Virus record (IMG/VR): IMGVR_UViG_3300038424_000251
Location: 301,300-365,299 of that record
DNA length: 64,000 nt
Direction: 5' to 3' (one strand)
Made by a program: the position numbers and the translations under genes
The notes under the pieces: model-generated
The model's input: only the letters and a program-made list of their open reading frames with translations
Database searches by the model: none
What the model was told of the DNA's origin: nothing
In this document: piece by piece, positions 49,037-58,053 of the stretch
Numbering within the stretch: the first letter of the stretch is position 1
Layout: every line of letters begins with the position of its first letter

Positions 49037-49815
49037 TTTTTTTTTAAGTGTTGTTCGGTAAGACTTTCTTCTTCATCCGATACTTCACCTATTCTTGGAG
49101 CAGGTGCTGAAATTTCTTGTTGTGGAATTGCAGAAGCAATTTCGTCCAAGGATTGTATTTCAAAATATCTTTCCATTTTTCTACCCATATCTTCGTAAAG
49201 AGCATTTAATTGCTGAAGACCACCGTAACATTCTTTGGCTCGTTTTGAAAAATCTTTGGTAATCTTTTTTACTTCATTAAAATCTCTTTTGACAACTTCG
49301 GCTTGAAAATAATCACCAGATTCGGTCATAGCGTAAGATTCTGCCATTTGACCAATTTCAGAAAGATTTTTTGCCATTTCCATTAAAGCCGTTTCACATC
49401 GTAAAACTTTTCCATATTCGTTGAATTTGCTAACCTTCTCCATCAATTCTTTTTTTTGTTGTGGGGAAAGTTTTTTAACTTCATCACCAAATCTAGCACC
49501 ACCATCTCTGGGAATATTGGATAAATTTTCAACAATTTTCTTTAGACTAAACTCTTGTACTTCTAAATTTTCTTTCATAAGATTTTCGGTTTCTTCTTCT
49601 TTCCCAAACATTTTATCTTGACAGTTTTGGCAAAGACCACTAATTCTAAATTCTTTTCTACTTTGTTCATCACGAAATTTATTCACATCTACAGGTTTAT
49701 GACAGAAAGGACAAATTTTATCGATAATAGCTTTTTTTCTGTCAATGCCCGTTAATCTCTTGATATCAGTATCAAGTTGTGGATCTTTTTCAGCTGGGCT
49801 CCAATCGCCATTCAT
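49033..49815 (-). CDS. Head-associated protein with an N-terminal Zn ribbon and a helical domain
   Basis: CPFC..CQNCQD; LMKE, IVE and LTE sites; start set at ATG 49815, 6 nt after a minus-strand TATTTATA. Confidence 0.6.
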   Translation of the reverse strand: MNGDWSPAEKDPQLDTDIKRLTGIDRKKAIIDKICPFCHKPVDVNKFRDEQSRKEFRISGLCQNCQDKMFGKEEETENLMKENLEVQEFSLKKIVENLSNIPRDGGARFGDEVKKLSPQQKKELMEKVSKFNEYGKVLRCETALMEMAKNLSEIGQMAESYAMTESGDYFQAEVVKRDFNEVKKITKDFSKRAKECYGGLQQLNALYEDMGRKMERYFEIQSLDEIASAIPQQEISAPAPRIGEVSDEEESLTEQHLKKN

Positions 49816-49820
49816 ATGTC

Positions 49821-50123
49821 TTATAAATAGGGCCGGTTTTCCCATTTTTGCTTATAATTAGCAAAATATTCTTCAAGGTCTTTAAATTTTAGGAATGTTC
49901 GTTTTTCTTTTTTTGTTCTATCTTCAATAATAAAACCTGTGCCTTTTTTATGGCTTAATCTCATTTCTGGTCTTTTAAGAGCATAATAAAACATACCATC
50001 ATTTTTAAAACCCATATCTTCAAGATACATAGCATCGGTTGCTTTCCAATTATCAACCGGAGTTAATCCTTTATCACGTTCGTCGCTAACAATATGTTTT
50101 AATAATTCTGTAAGTTTAATCAT
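49821..50123 (-). CDS. Small protein with an MIKLTELL N-terminus
   Basis: Same N-terminal motif as 58046 and 40361. Confidence 0.6.
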   Translation of the reverse strand: MIKLTELLKHIVSDERDKGLTPVDNWKATDAMYLEDMGFKNDGMFYYALKRPEMRLSHKKGTGFIIEDRTKKEKRTFLKFKDLEEYFANYKQKWENRPYL

Positions 50124-50124
50124 A

Positions 50125-50904
50125 TTATAGGTCTAATTTTTTTAGAAATTCTACAAGAATAGCCGCGCCTTTAATATCATCTTTAAATAAAATAGATTTG
50201 GTAACGATGATATCTTCTTTTTCTTCTTCTTTTTCTTGTTGTTCAGGTTCAGCGGCTGGTGGAATTGGAGAACCCGGAGGAACTGCACCTTGAGGAAATG
50301 TTGGTGGTCCACCAAGACCGCCTGCGCTACCTAATCCAGCTTCAGTACCGCCAAGACCAGTAGCCATTTGTTTCTCTTGTTCTTTTTTCTTTTTTTCTTC
50401 GTCAGATATTGGTCTGTCATGTTTTTGAAAAGCTGTAAAAGAAAATTGACCACTATCTTTCATTTTCTTAATAACGGTAACATGACTGGTTCCAAATGGG
50501 TCTGTAGTTTTATACCATATTTCGGTTCTAGCAGTAGTGGTTGGTTTCTTTTCTTTGAAATTGTCCAATGCAGCTAATTCTCTTGGTGAAAAGGGTTGAC
50601 CGATGTAAGGTTTTATATATGTTGCCCATTCTTCTTTTACATGAAATGTGGTTGATACTGGGTCAATTGAAGTAGATTCTTCACCTACTTCATCAAGATA
50701 CATCGGTTCACGAATATCTTTAAGAATTGACAATACTGCTTTTTTGGTTTTTAATTCAGCTAAAGAATTAGCAAAATCATCAATATCAGAGTCACTCATT
50801 GAATTTGCTACTTTTCTAACATATGCACTTCCATAATCAGGGTCATGTTTTGCATGTCTTACTTTTTTAAAAAATTCTTGTTGGTTTAATGATTTGCTGG
50901 GCAT
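50125..50904 (-). CDS. Protein with an N-terminal DUF3008-like segment
   Basis: MPSKSLNQQ..VRKVANSMSDSDIDDFA resembles the MPAKS.AQQ..SMS...DFA pattern; Gly/Pro linker. Confidence 0.5.
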   Translation of the reverse strand: MPSKSLNQQEFFKKVRHAKHDPDYGSAYVRKVANSMSDSDIDDFANSLAELKTKKAVLSILKDIREPMYLDEVGEESTSIDPVSTTFHVKEEWATYIKPYIGQPFSPRELAALDNFKEKKPTTTARTEIWYKTTDPFGTSHVTVIKKMKDSGQFSFTAFQKHDRPISDEEKKKKEQEKQMATGLGGTEAGLGSAGGLGGPPTFPQGAVPPGSPIPPAAEPEQQEKEEEKEDIIVTKSILFKDDIKGAAILVEFLKKLDL

Positions 50905-51026
50905 ACATAAATAAATATTACATAATTTTAGTTAAATATCAGTTTCTTTAAGGTAAGATATAGTTTCATTTCATAATAGAATTTTATTATTTAATAAAAT
51001 TTTTTGTATTTTAGAAAATATAATAC

Positions 51027-51034
51027 TATTTATA
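51027..51034 (+). promoter_or_regulatory. Putative late promoter TATTTATA for the scaffold-capsid operon (representative of about 15 copies)
   Basis: The same octamer lies upstream of genes at 4288, 24030, 24904, 30530, 32764, 37400, 55629, 56299, 56712, 58361 and, on the - strand, 49822-49829. Confidence 0.7.
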
Positions 51035-51131
51035 TTACAGAAATGCAGTAATTTCTATTTGCTGCCACGTATTCAAAAACGTAAACTTCATTGGAGTTCA
51101 AATAACTTCAGAAAACAAAGAAAACAATTTT

Positions 51132-52724
51132 ATGATTAATAGTGAACTATTGAAAGAAGCGATTGCTGATGCTAAGGCAGTAAGAGCCACTGCTCTCGCC
51201 AATGCTAAAGCCGCTCTTGAAGAAGCCTTCGCTCCCCGTTTTGAGGCAATGTTTGCCGACAAATTAAAAGAGGAATCCGAAGAAGAAGAAGACCAAGAAG
51301 AGGGACTACAGGAAGTAGAAGCTCCAAATCAGGTTCATGGAAGTGGTGGAGAAGCTAAGGGACCAGCAACCAAAGCCGTTTCTAAAGGTAATCCCAAAAC
51401 ACCAAAAGGTGGCGCCGGTGATGTGGATTTTAAAGCCGTTCAAGCTGGATTAGGCCCAACAGGCGTTCCTAAACTCGGTAAGAAAGTTAATGAAACTGCC
51501 GAAGAAGAAGAAGAGGAAGATGAAGGTAGGAAGAAAATGGATGAAACTGCCGAAGAGGAAGATGAAGGTAGAAGGGAAGAAGAGGGCGAGGAGGAAGATG
51601 AGGGTAGGGTTGAAGAAGCTGGTCTAACTTCGGAAGATTTAGATGAAATTATTGCAGAGTTGGAAAATGAAGTAGCAGAGGAAGAAGAAGGTAGAACGGA
51701 AGAAGAACCTGCTGCTCCAGAACTAACACCAGCACCAGAAGATAGTGGTGGAGTGTCATCGCCTGTTACTGGTGATGAAAGAGAACCCGTTACTGGTGAC
51801 GAAGAACCTGCTGCCAATATTGAAGCAGAACCGGGTAGTGAAGTTGATATTAATCTTGAACCGGAACCAGAAGCTGAACCGGGAGCTGATACAGTCCCCC
51901 CAACAGCTATGGATGCTGGTGGAGCAAGTAGGCGACCAGTTAGAGAACCTGCTGAAGAACCGGTTGAAGAACCTGTTGGAGCTGCAGAAGATGAAGAAAA
52001 TATCAATCTAGATGAATTACTCGCCGCTCTTAATGAAGAAGGCGAAGAAGAAGAGGAAGAAGAAGGGTATGAAGAAATGGATGAAGCCTTACAAAATCAA
52101 GGTCTTCCAACCAAAGAACTTGCTGGTCAGGACAAAACCGGTGGTGTAAAGGGTTATCCACCCGGTCCAGATGCTAGTAAGAGACAGCTACCGGGTAAAA
52201 ATCATAATATTCAAGGTAAAGGCAACATTGGTAGTGGGTCTGAAACAGGTAAACCAATGGCAGAAGCATCTCAATACAGGGTTGCTTTGAAAGAAGCCTA
52301 TAAAACCATTGAATTCCTCCGTGGACAAATTAATGAGGTCAATCTGTTGAATGCTAAACTACTTTACACGAACAAGTTGTTTAAAGAATTCGCAGGTGTT
52401 TTGGACGATTCATATCGTATGAAAATCGTTGAATCATTTGACCTAACAAAAAGTGTTCGTGAAGTCAAGCTGGCCTACGCCCTATTGGCGGAGTCCTTGA
52501 ATTTCGGTACGCAAATGACAAAAACCCACTCTGTAAAATCGGTTGTAAAACCGGTTTCGCAAAAGGGACAAGTTAAGCAAATTACCGAAGGATTCGCATC
52601 AAAGCCGGTGTCATCAACAAAACCTTCCAAGTTAATTACTGAAGGTAATGAGATGGCTCTTAGATTCAAGAAGCTCGCTGGAATCAAAGATACACCGAAG
52701 ACTACTACTCCTGAAAAGAAGTAA
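51132..52724 (+). CDS. Prohead core scaffolding protein (gp22-like)
   Basis: LLKEAIADAKAVRATALANAKAALEEAF, very acidic middle, INEVNLLNAKLLYTNKLF, ITE..RFKKLAGI; directly upstream of the MCP. Confidence 0.8.
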   Translation: MINSELLKEAIADAKAVRATALANAKAALEEAFAPRFEAMFADKLKEESEEEEDQEEGLQEVEAPNQVHGSGGEAKGPATKAVSKGNPKTPKGGAGDVDFKAVQAGLGPTGVPKLGKKVNETAEEEEEEDEGRKKMDETAEEEDEGRREEEGEEEDEGRVEEAGLTSEDLDEIIAELENEVAEEEEGRTEEEPAAPELTPAPEDSGGVSSPVTGDEREPVTGDEEPAANIEAEPGSEVDINLEPEPEAEPGADTVPPTAMDAGGASRRPVREPAEEPVEEPVGAAEDEENINLDELLAALNEEGEEEEEEEGYEEMDEALQNQGLPTKELAGQDKTGGVKGYPPGPDASKRQLPGKNHNIQGKGNIGSGSETGKPMAEASQYRVALKEAYKTIEFLRGQINEVNLLNAKLLYTNKLFKEFAGVLDDSYRMKIVESFDLTKSVREVKLAYALLAESLNFGTQMTKTHSVKSVVKPVSQKGQVKQITEGFASKPVSSTKPSKLITEGNEMALRFKKLAGIKDTPKTTTPEKK

Positions 52725-52766
52725 TAATCTAGTGAGCAAAAAATAAAAATAGAGAAAAAACAATAT

Positions 52767-54614
52767 ATGGAAAATATTAAATCATTGTTAACAAACACTC
52801 TCAATCCTCAAGCTCGTTTGATGCAGGAAACCCGTGGTCTTGTGACCAAGTGGGATAAAACCGGTCTTCTTGATGGTATTAAGAGTGATATTGAGAAGTC
52901 CAATATGTCGGTCTTGCTCGAAAATCAGGCTAAACAACTGATTGAAGAAGCAACTGCTACTGGTACTTCCGCAAACTCTGAACAGTGGGCTGGCGTAGCT
53001 CTCCCGTTGGTCAGACGTGTATTTGCTGAATTTGCTGCGAAGGAATTCGTATCCGTTCAGCCTATGAACCTCCCATCTGGTCTTGTGTTCTACTTGGATT
53101 TCAAGTATGGCTCACCTCACGGTGGTAATCCTGCCGATACATCAGGTTCATATTATCAATCATTGTTCGGTGGTACTGGTGCTAAACTAGGTTCTACTGA
53201 TACATTCGGCGGTGGTCTATACGGCGCAGGCCGATATGGTTACACCATTAATCAAAAAGCTGCAACTGCAGTAACATTTAGTGCAGCTACATCAACATTG
53301 GAAGATATTGACTGGTTGGCTAATTATTATACTCAATATGCCTCATCTGGTTCAGTACAAGGAATTTTGAATAGTATTTCAGCATCGTTTAATAACAATC
53401 AGCTTATTACTTTTAAAACTTCAAATTTTTATAGTACTACGACTAGTCAAGGTAATCCGTTTGACCCATTAGCTGTTCGTTCATTCATGCCATATAGCAT
53501 TGTTACTGGATCTACAGCAGGGCTAACTGCTTCATTTCAATCAGGTAGTGCTGCCGGCTCCGGTCCTATGTATTTCCCACCATTTACAAAATTTGTAGTG
53601 GGTACTGGTATCGATGCTGGTGGTGCTCAGGTTGGTGAAATCCAGTTTGTCTTATCAGCTTCGGCTGGTGCTACTGGTTCCTTCACTGGTAATATTTATT
53701 ACACAGTTCAACCAAGCCCACAAGACCGTGGTGACTTCGAAGATAATCCAAACAATGCTAATGCTACTGGTACTGATACGGGATTTGTTTATGGAACAGG
53801 TAAGTCAACTACTGATACTGGTCTTAACAAGGATATCGGTATTCCAGAAGTAAACTTGCAACTTAACTCCGAACCAATCGTAGCTAAGACACGTAAGTTG
53901 AAAGCTGTCTGGACTCCTGAACTTGCTCAAGACTTGAATGCTTATCATAGCATTGACGCAGAAGCAGAATTGACTGCTCTGTTGTCTGAATATGTTTCAA
54001 TGGAAATTGACCTTGAAATTCTTGATATGTTGATTAACGCAGTATTACCTATCAATATTGAACGTTGGAGTGCAAGGCTTAATACGGAAATAGTTCCTAC
54101 TGGAACTGGTACTTACCAATTCGTTCAAACAACAACGGCAGGTACTGGTGGTTACTACACCAAGGCAACATGGTACCAAACTCTTGGTAACAAGATTCAA
54201 AAGGTATCCAACAGGATTCACCAATTGACGCTTCGTGGTGGTGCTAACTTCATGGTTATCTCCCCAACAGTGGCAACTGTTCTTGAATCTATTCCGGGAT
54301 TCGTAGTGAATACCGATGGCGACCAAGCAAAGTTTGCTATGGGCGTTTCAAGGGTTGGTTCATTTGCTTCAAGGTTCCAAGTTTACAAGAACCCATATAT
54401 GACTGATAATATCATTCTAATGGGCTTCCGTGGTAATAACTTCTTGGAAACTGGTGCAGTATATGCTCCATACATTCCATTGGTTCAGACACCGTTAGTG
54501 TATGACCCTGTGAACTTCACGCCAAGACGTGGTGTAATGACCCGTTACGCGAAGAAGATTGTTCGTCCTGAATTCTATGGCAAGATTTACATTGCCGATT
54601 TGGACACGGTATAA
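52767..54614 (+). CDS. gp23: Major capsid protein (T4 gp23-like)
   Basis: VSVQPMNLPSGLVFYLDF, AKTRKLKAVWTPELAQDLNAYH..DAEAEL, YAPYIPL, FTPRRGVMTRYA. Confidence 0.96.
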   Translation: MENIKSLLTNTLNPQARLMQETRGLVTKWDKTGLLDGIKSDIEKSNMSVLLENQAKQLIEEATATGTSANSEQWAGVALPLVRRVFAEFAAKEFVSVQPMNLPSGLVFYLDFKYGSPHGGNPADTSGSYYQSLFGGTGAKLGSTDTFGGGLYGAGRYGYTINQKAATAVTFSAATSTLEDIDWLANYYTQYASSGSVQGILNSISASFNNNQLITFKTSNFYSTTTSQGNPFDPLAVRSFMPYSIVTGSTAGLTASFQSGSAAGSGPMYFPPFTKFVVGTGIDAGGAQVGEIQFVLSASAGATGSFTGNIYYTVQPSPQDRGDFEDNPNNANATGTDTGFVYGTGKSTTDTGLNKDIGIPEVNLQLNSEPIVAKTRKLKAVWTPELAQDLNAYHSIDAEAELTALLSEYVSMEIDLEILDMLINAVLPINIERWSARLNTEIVPTGTGTYQFVQTTTAGTGGYYTKATWYQTLGNKIQKVSNRIHQLTLRGGANFMVISPTVATVLESIPGFVVNTDGDQAKFAMGVSRVGSFASRFQVYKNPYMTDNIILMGFRGNNFLETGAVYAPYIPLVQTPLVYDPVNFTPRRGVMTRYAKKIVRPEFYGKIYIADLDTV

Positions 54615-54640
54615 TCTTAACAGATAATCAATTAAACAAA

Positions 54641-54673
54641 AAAGGAGCCGTAGAAATACGGCTCTTTTCTTTT
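54641..54673 (+). terminator. Rho-independent terminator after the MCP
   Basis: GAGCCGTA-GAAA-TACGGCTC stem followed by TTTTCTTTT. Confidence 0.9.
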
Positions 54674-54731
54674 GCATTTATTTAATTTTATTTCATTCTT
54701 GTTTAGATTTTATTGTAGAATTTTGATATCT

Positions 54732-55589
54732 ATGGAATATAAATCAAAAATTATGAAAATAGCGAATGTACATGGTGTAGAATGGAAAATGGACGATAAT
54801 ATTTATGAATGGCATAGACGGTATAAGTGTATTGAAGTGGGACCAGAATCTATCTGGAATTCAAACCCAGAAATAGTTTCTGAAATGACAGCTTTTAAAT
54901 TATATTGTATAGAAAATTCTCCGAGTGTTTTTATTGATATTGGAACATATTGTGGAATAGTTTCTTCGGTATATTGTTCTTTAGTAAAAGACCATCGATG
55001 TTATTCAATAGAACCTATTCGTTCTCATTGTGAGAGATTACAAAATACTGCTAAATTAAATAATTGGAATTTAAGTACACATCCAATTGGGTTAAATAAT
55101 TATGTTGGAAAATGTTATTATCACAATACTAATATGGCACGATTTACAAACGACCCAAACTTTAAAGTGTCTGATGCTGAGATTAATAGTAATCCTGAAA
55201 ATGCTAAAATACATGAAGTTAATATTGATACCTTAGATAATTTTGTTAAATCAAATAATATAAAACCAAATTTAATAAAAATAGATGTAGAGGGATACGA
55301 AGTACCAATACTTGAAAAAGCTCAAGAAACATTATCAAACGATGCTGTAGATTTATTTATTGAAACACATAGAAATGAATGTATAGAACTTGGTTGGAAT
55401 ATAGAAAAATTATGTGATTATATACCTCAAAAGGATTATATTTTTTATACTACAGGTCTTTTGTATGACCAAAATTCTCTTCCAAGTTATATTTTTAGGC
55501 AAAGAATTTTTACTGATTTAAAAGATTATATACTTAATCATAAAAGTACTATGAGATTTGTGGCTATAAATAAAAAAAATTTAGGTTAA
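54732..55589 (+). CDS. FkbM-family SAM-dependent methyltransferase
   Basis: FIDIGTYCG, YSIEP, DTLDNF, LIKIDVEGYE. Confidence 0.85.
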   Translation: MEYKSKIMKIANVHGVEWKMDDNIYEWHRRYKCIEVGPESIWNSNPEIVSEMTAFKLYCIENSPSVFIDIGTYCGIVSSVYCSLVKDHRCYSIEPIRSHCERLQNTAKLNNWNLSTHPIGLNNYVGKCYYHNTNMARFTNDPNFKVSDAEINSNPENAKIHEVNIDTLDNFVKSNNIKPNLIKIDVEGYEVPILEKAQETLSNDAVDLFIETHRNECIELGWNIEKLCDYIPQKDYIFYTTGLLYDQNSLPSYIFRQRIFTDLKDYILNHKSTMRFVAINKKNLG

Positions 55590-55670
55590 AATAAAGAAAG
55601 AAATTTGAAATAATATTTTATTTTTAGATATTTATAGTGCAATAAAGTTATATTTAACAGTTAAAATATT

Positions 55671-56225
55671 ATGACAAATCTATCTATCCATTTATGTGAT
55701 ACTTCAGCATCTTTAGTTTTAACATCTGCTTCATTTGCAGATCAATCAATTAGTTCAAGCTATGCTATAAGCTCATCTTGGACGTTATTAACACAACAAC
55801 AGATTTCATGTTCTTGGGCAAGTTCATCTATGTCATCATCTTGGGCACCACCAACCTCTGTTTTGAGATATACAACTACTGCGTCATTTGCAAGTGGACC
55901 ATATATGTACAATATTTCGTTACCGTTTATTCCTTTTAGAACAGGAGTAGGAATCTTGTGTATTAATAATGATGGGACTAGTGGTTATCAATCAGGGTCA
56001 TTGTTAGATATTAGCACTATTAATGGCGCAGCAACCGTGGGTGGTGCCAGTACTGGTCAAATCTTTTGGAATATTAATGAAAATATTGTTACTGTTAGGA
56101 CTACTAATCGTACTGTTGGTTATGAAGCTAGTTGGGCACTTTGGAAAGCTACTACTTATGGTGATAATCCTATAGGTGGGTTATCATCATGGAATAATTT
56201 TGTAATTCAAGTGAATGCAGAATAA
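55671..56225 (+). CDS. Small Ser-rich fibre-like protein
   Basis: SSSYAISSSW/SWASSS stalk followed by a beta-rich C-terminus; TATTTATA at 55629. Confidence 0.55.
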   Translation: MTNLSIHLCDTSASLVLTSASFADQSISSSYAISSSWTLLTQQQISCSWASSSMSSSWAPPTSVLRYTTTASFASGPYMYNISLPFIPFRTGVGILCINNDGTSGYQSGSLLDISTINGAATVGGASTGQIFWNINENIVTVRTTNRTVGYEASWALWKATTYGDNPIGGLSSWNNFVIQVNAE

Positions 56226-56242
56226 TTTTAATATTTGAATAC

Positions 56243-56275
56243 AAAGGAGCCGAATTTCTTCGGCTCTTTTCTTTT
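56243..56275 (+). terminator. Rho-independent terminator, near-copy of 54641
   Basis: GAGCCGAA-TTTC-TTCGGCTC stem followed by TTTTCTTTT. Confidence 0.9.
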
Positions 56276-56313
56276 GCATTTATTCAATAAAAATTGAATA
56301 TTTATATTAGAAT

Positions 56314-56703
56314 ATGAAGCAAAGTCAACTTAAACAACTTATTAAAGAGATTGTATATTGTATTTTTAAAGAACAGTTTGGTGAACCAACTCCACAAAAG
56401 TTAATACCTGATGATGAAGAAGAACTATGGAAAATAGTACAGAGTTTACCTATTGATTATTCAATTCAATTTTCAATTTTTCATCCAATATCAAAAGGGT
56501 TGTTGATTATACTTCATAGTAGTAAGGGAAATGTATTTGCAGCTACCAGTCTTGGTGGGTTAAAACATGCTGGTCCACCTGATGGAAAATGGCATGTACC
56601 GGGTGAGAAAATTTTAAGAATTTTAGTAAAGGATGTATATGATTATGGTGAAAATAATGATGTATATTATTCCATAGTTAAAACTACTCCAACTAACCTT
56701 TAA
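56314..56703 (+). CDS. Putative internal head protein
   Basis: MKQSQLKQLIKEIV..FKE N-terminus; own TATTTATA. Confidence 0.6.
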   Translation: MKQSQLKQLIKEIVYCIFKEQFGEPTPQKLIPDDEEELWKIVQSLPIDYSIQFSIFHPISKGLLIILHSSKGNVFAATSLGGLKHAGPPDGKWHVPGEKILRILVKDVYDYGENNDVYYSIVKTTPTNL

Positions 56704-56724
56704 AATTTTTATATTTATATCAAT

Positions 56725-58053
56725 ATGACCGATTTTATTTTTAAGGAATCATATCATGATAATATGTCAGATGCTGAAAAAGAAGCATTGGCTCTCTCTT
56801 ATTGGTCAATAGGACAGTCAGATGAAGATGGTGAAGATATTTCGTGGAAAAATTGGTGTTGGATTTATAAAAATGACATATTGCGCTACAAAAAAGGACA
56901 AACGCATGGTATCAACTTTGGTATTGATAGAGAAAATTATTTTAGAGGTTGGTATGATGCTAAAAAGAATACAATATCTGTGGTTTTTCCTGCACATGAA
57001 CTTAGAAAATTTGGTAATAGAAGGCCATCAGAAGATGACATACCACAATTACTTTATCAAAAACTAATTAATACATTTGGCGCTGGGCGTCCAAAATTCA
57101 TTGTATTTGAGAATGCTACACTGATAAAAAGAAGTGAATTAAAATTGCTTCTAAAAGAAATTGTTCAACAAATTCTTCTAAACGAAAGAGAAGAGAATGA
57201 ATATTATTGGTTAGAACCAAATTTACAGTTTCAAAGAGTTCCGTGGGAAGGACATGCAAATTGGGCAAGAAATTATTTAGAGAATATGGGAAAAAAATTA
57301 TCTTATGGTGATTATGATGATGTGGGTGTTTATAATAGAATGTATGAATTGGGATTTGTTAGAGTTGTCAAAGTTGGTTATTTTGATGGTGATATTCTGA
57401 CATATAATTATAAAAAAGGATTTCCGCCTTCTCCACAAAAAATAAAAGCAATGAAGAATTTTGCAATAGAAAAGAATTGTGACACAATTAGAGATGATAC
57501 GAGTGGAAGAATTGAAAATTTGTTACAGGAAGGAATATTTCTTAAAGAAACAATGACTTATAAAGAACTTTTAGCTTTAACAACTCCTGAAAGAAAAGAA
57601 CGTGCAGCAAATGTAAGAGTTCGCTCTATTCCTGTTAGTATTGAAGAGGGATTAGAACAATGGAATTTCAGATATAAATCCAGTCCACAAACCACTGTAA
57701 CTGATGAACCATTTGAAGGTCATATTACATTCTTAAAAGGTAGAGTAGAACGAAGTGATGATGCTATGAATTTAGAGTGTAAAGTTGATTGTAGTTGTCC
57801 TGATTTCATGTATAGATTTGCTTATAATGATACTCAAAAAGGTGCAAGTGATATTGGACCTGACAGTTTAAGCGGTTGTATTAATAGAAAACCAAAACCA
57901 GCTTATGATTATGGTGAAGGCTTATGTAAACACTTGGCAGCATTGCGTAGATATTTACAAACAAAAATATTAGCGACTAGAAGAAGTAATTTATTTGAAG
58001 CAATCGGTGATGTGGCAAAACAAGGACCATTTAATATAACCTATTATGATTAA
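56725..58053 (+). CDS. Multi-module putative internal polyprotein with a C-terminal SWIM-type Zn finger
   Basis: Internal KRSELKLLLKEIVQQILLNE; CSCPDF..GLCKHL. Confidence 0.6.
   Translation: MTDFIFKESYHDNMSDAEKEALALSYWSIGQSDEDGEDISWKNWCWIYKNDILRYKKGQTHGINFGIDRENYFRGWYDAKKNTISVVFPAHELRKFGNRRPSEDDIPQLLYQKLINTFGAGRPKFIVFENATLIKRSELKLLLKEIVQQILLNEREENEYYWLEPNLQFQRVPWEGHANWARNYLENMGKKLSYGDYDDVGVYNRMYELGFVRVVKVGYFDGDILTYNYKKGFPPSPQKIKAMKNFAIEKNCDTIRDDTSGRIENLLQEGIFLKETMTYKELLALTTPERKERAANVRVRSIPVSIEEGLEQWNFRYKSSPQTTVTDEPFEGHITFLKGRVERSDDAMNLECKVDCSCPDFMYRFAYNDTQKGASDIGPDSLSGCINRKPKPAYDYGEGLCKHLAALRRYLQTKILATRRSNLFEAIGDVAKQGPFNITYYD

Noticed and set aside
50905-51131. tRNA or replication origin in the largest intergenic gap
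   Set aside because: No cloverleaf, T-loop or iterons. The gap is explained by divergent promoters and a leader.
51440-52006. 188-aa minus-strand Ser-rich ORF
   Set aside because: Antisense shadow of the GAA-rich scaffold gene, with no promoter or independent features.
33437-54614. Inteins or introns in terminase, portal or capsid genes
   Set aside because: The conserved motifs are contiguous, and I saw no intein termini or homing endonuclease ORFs.
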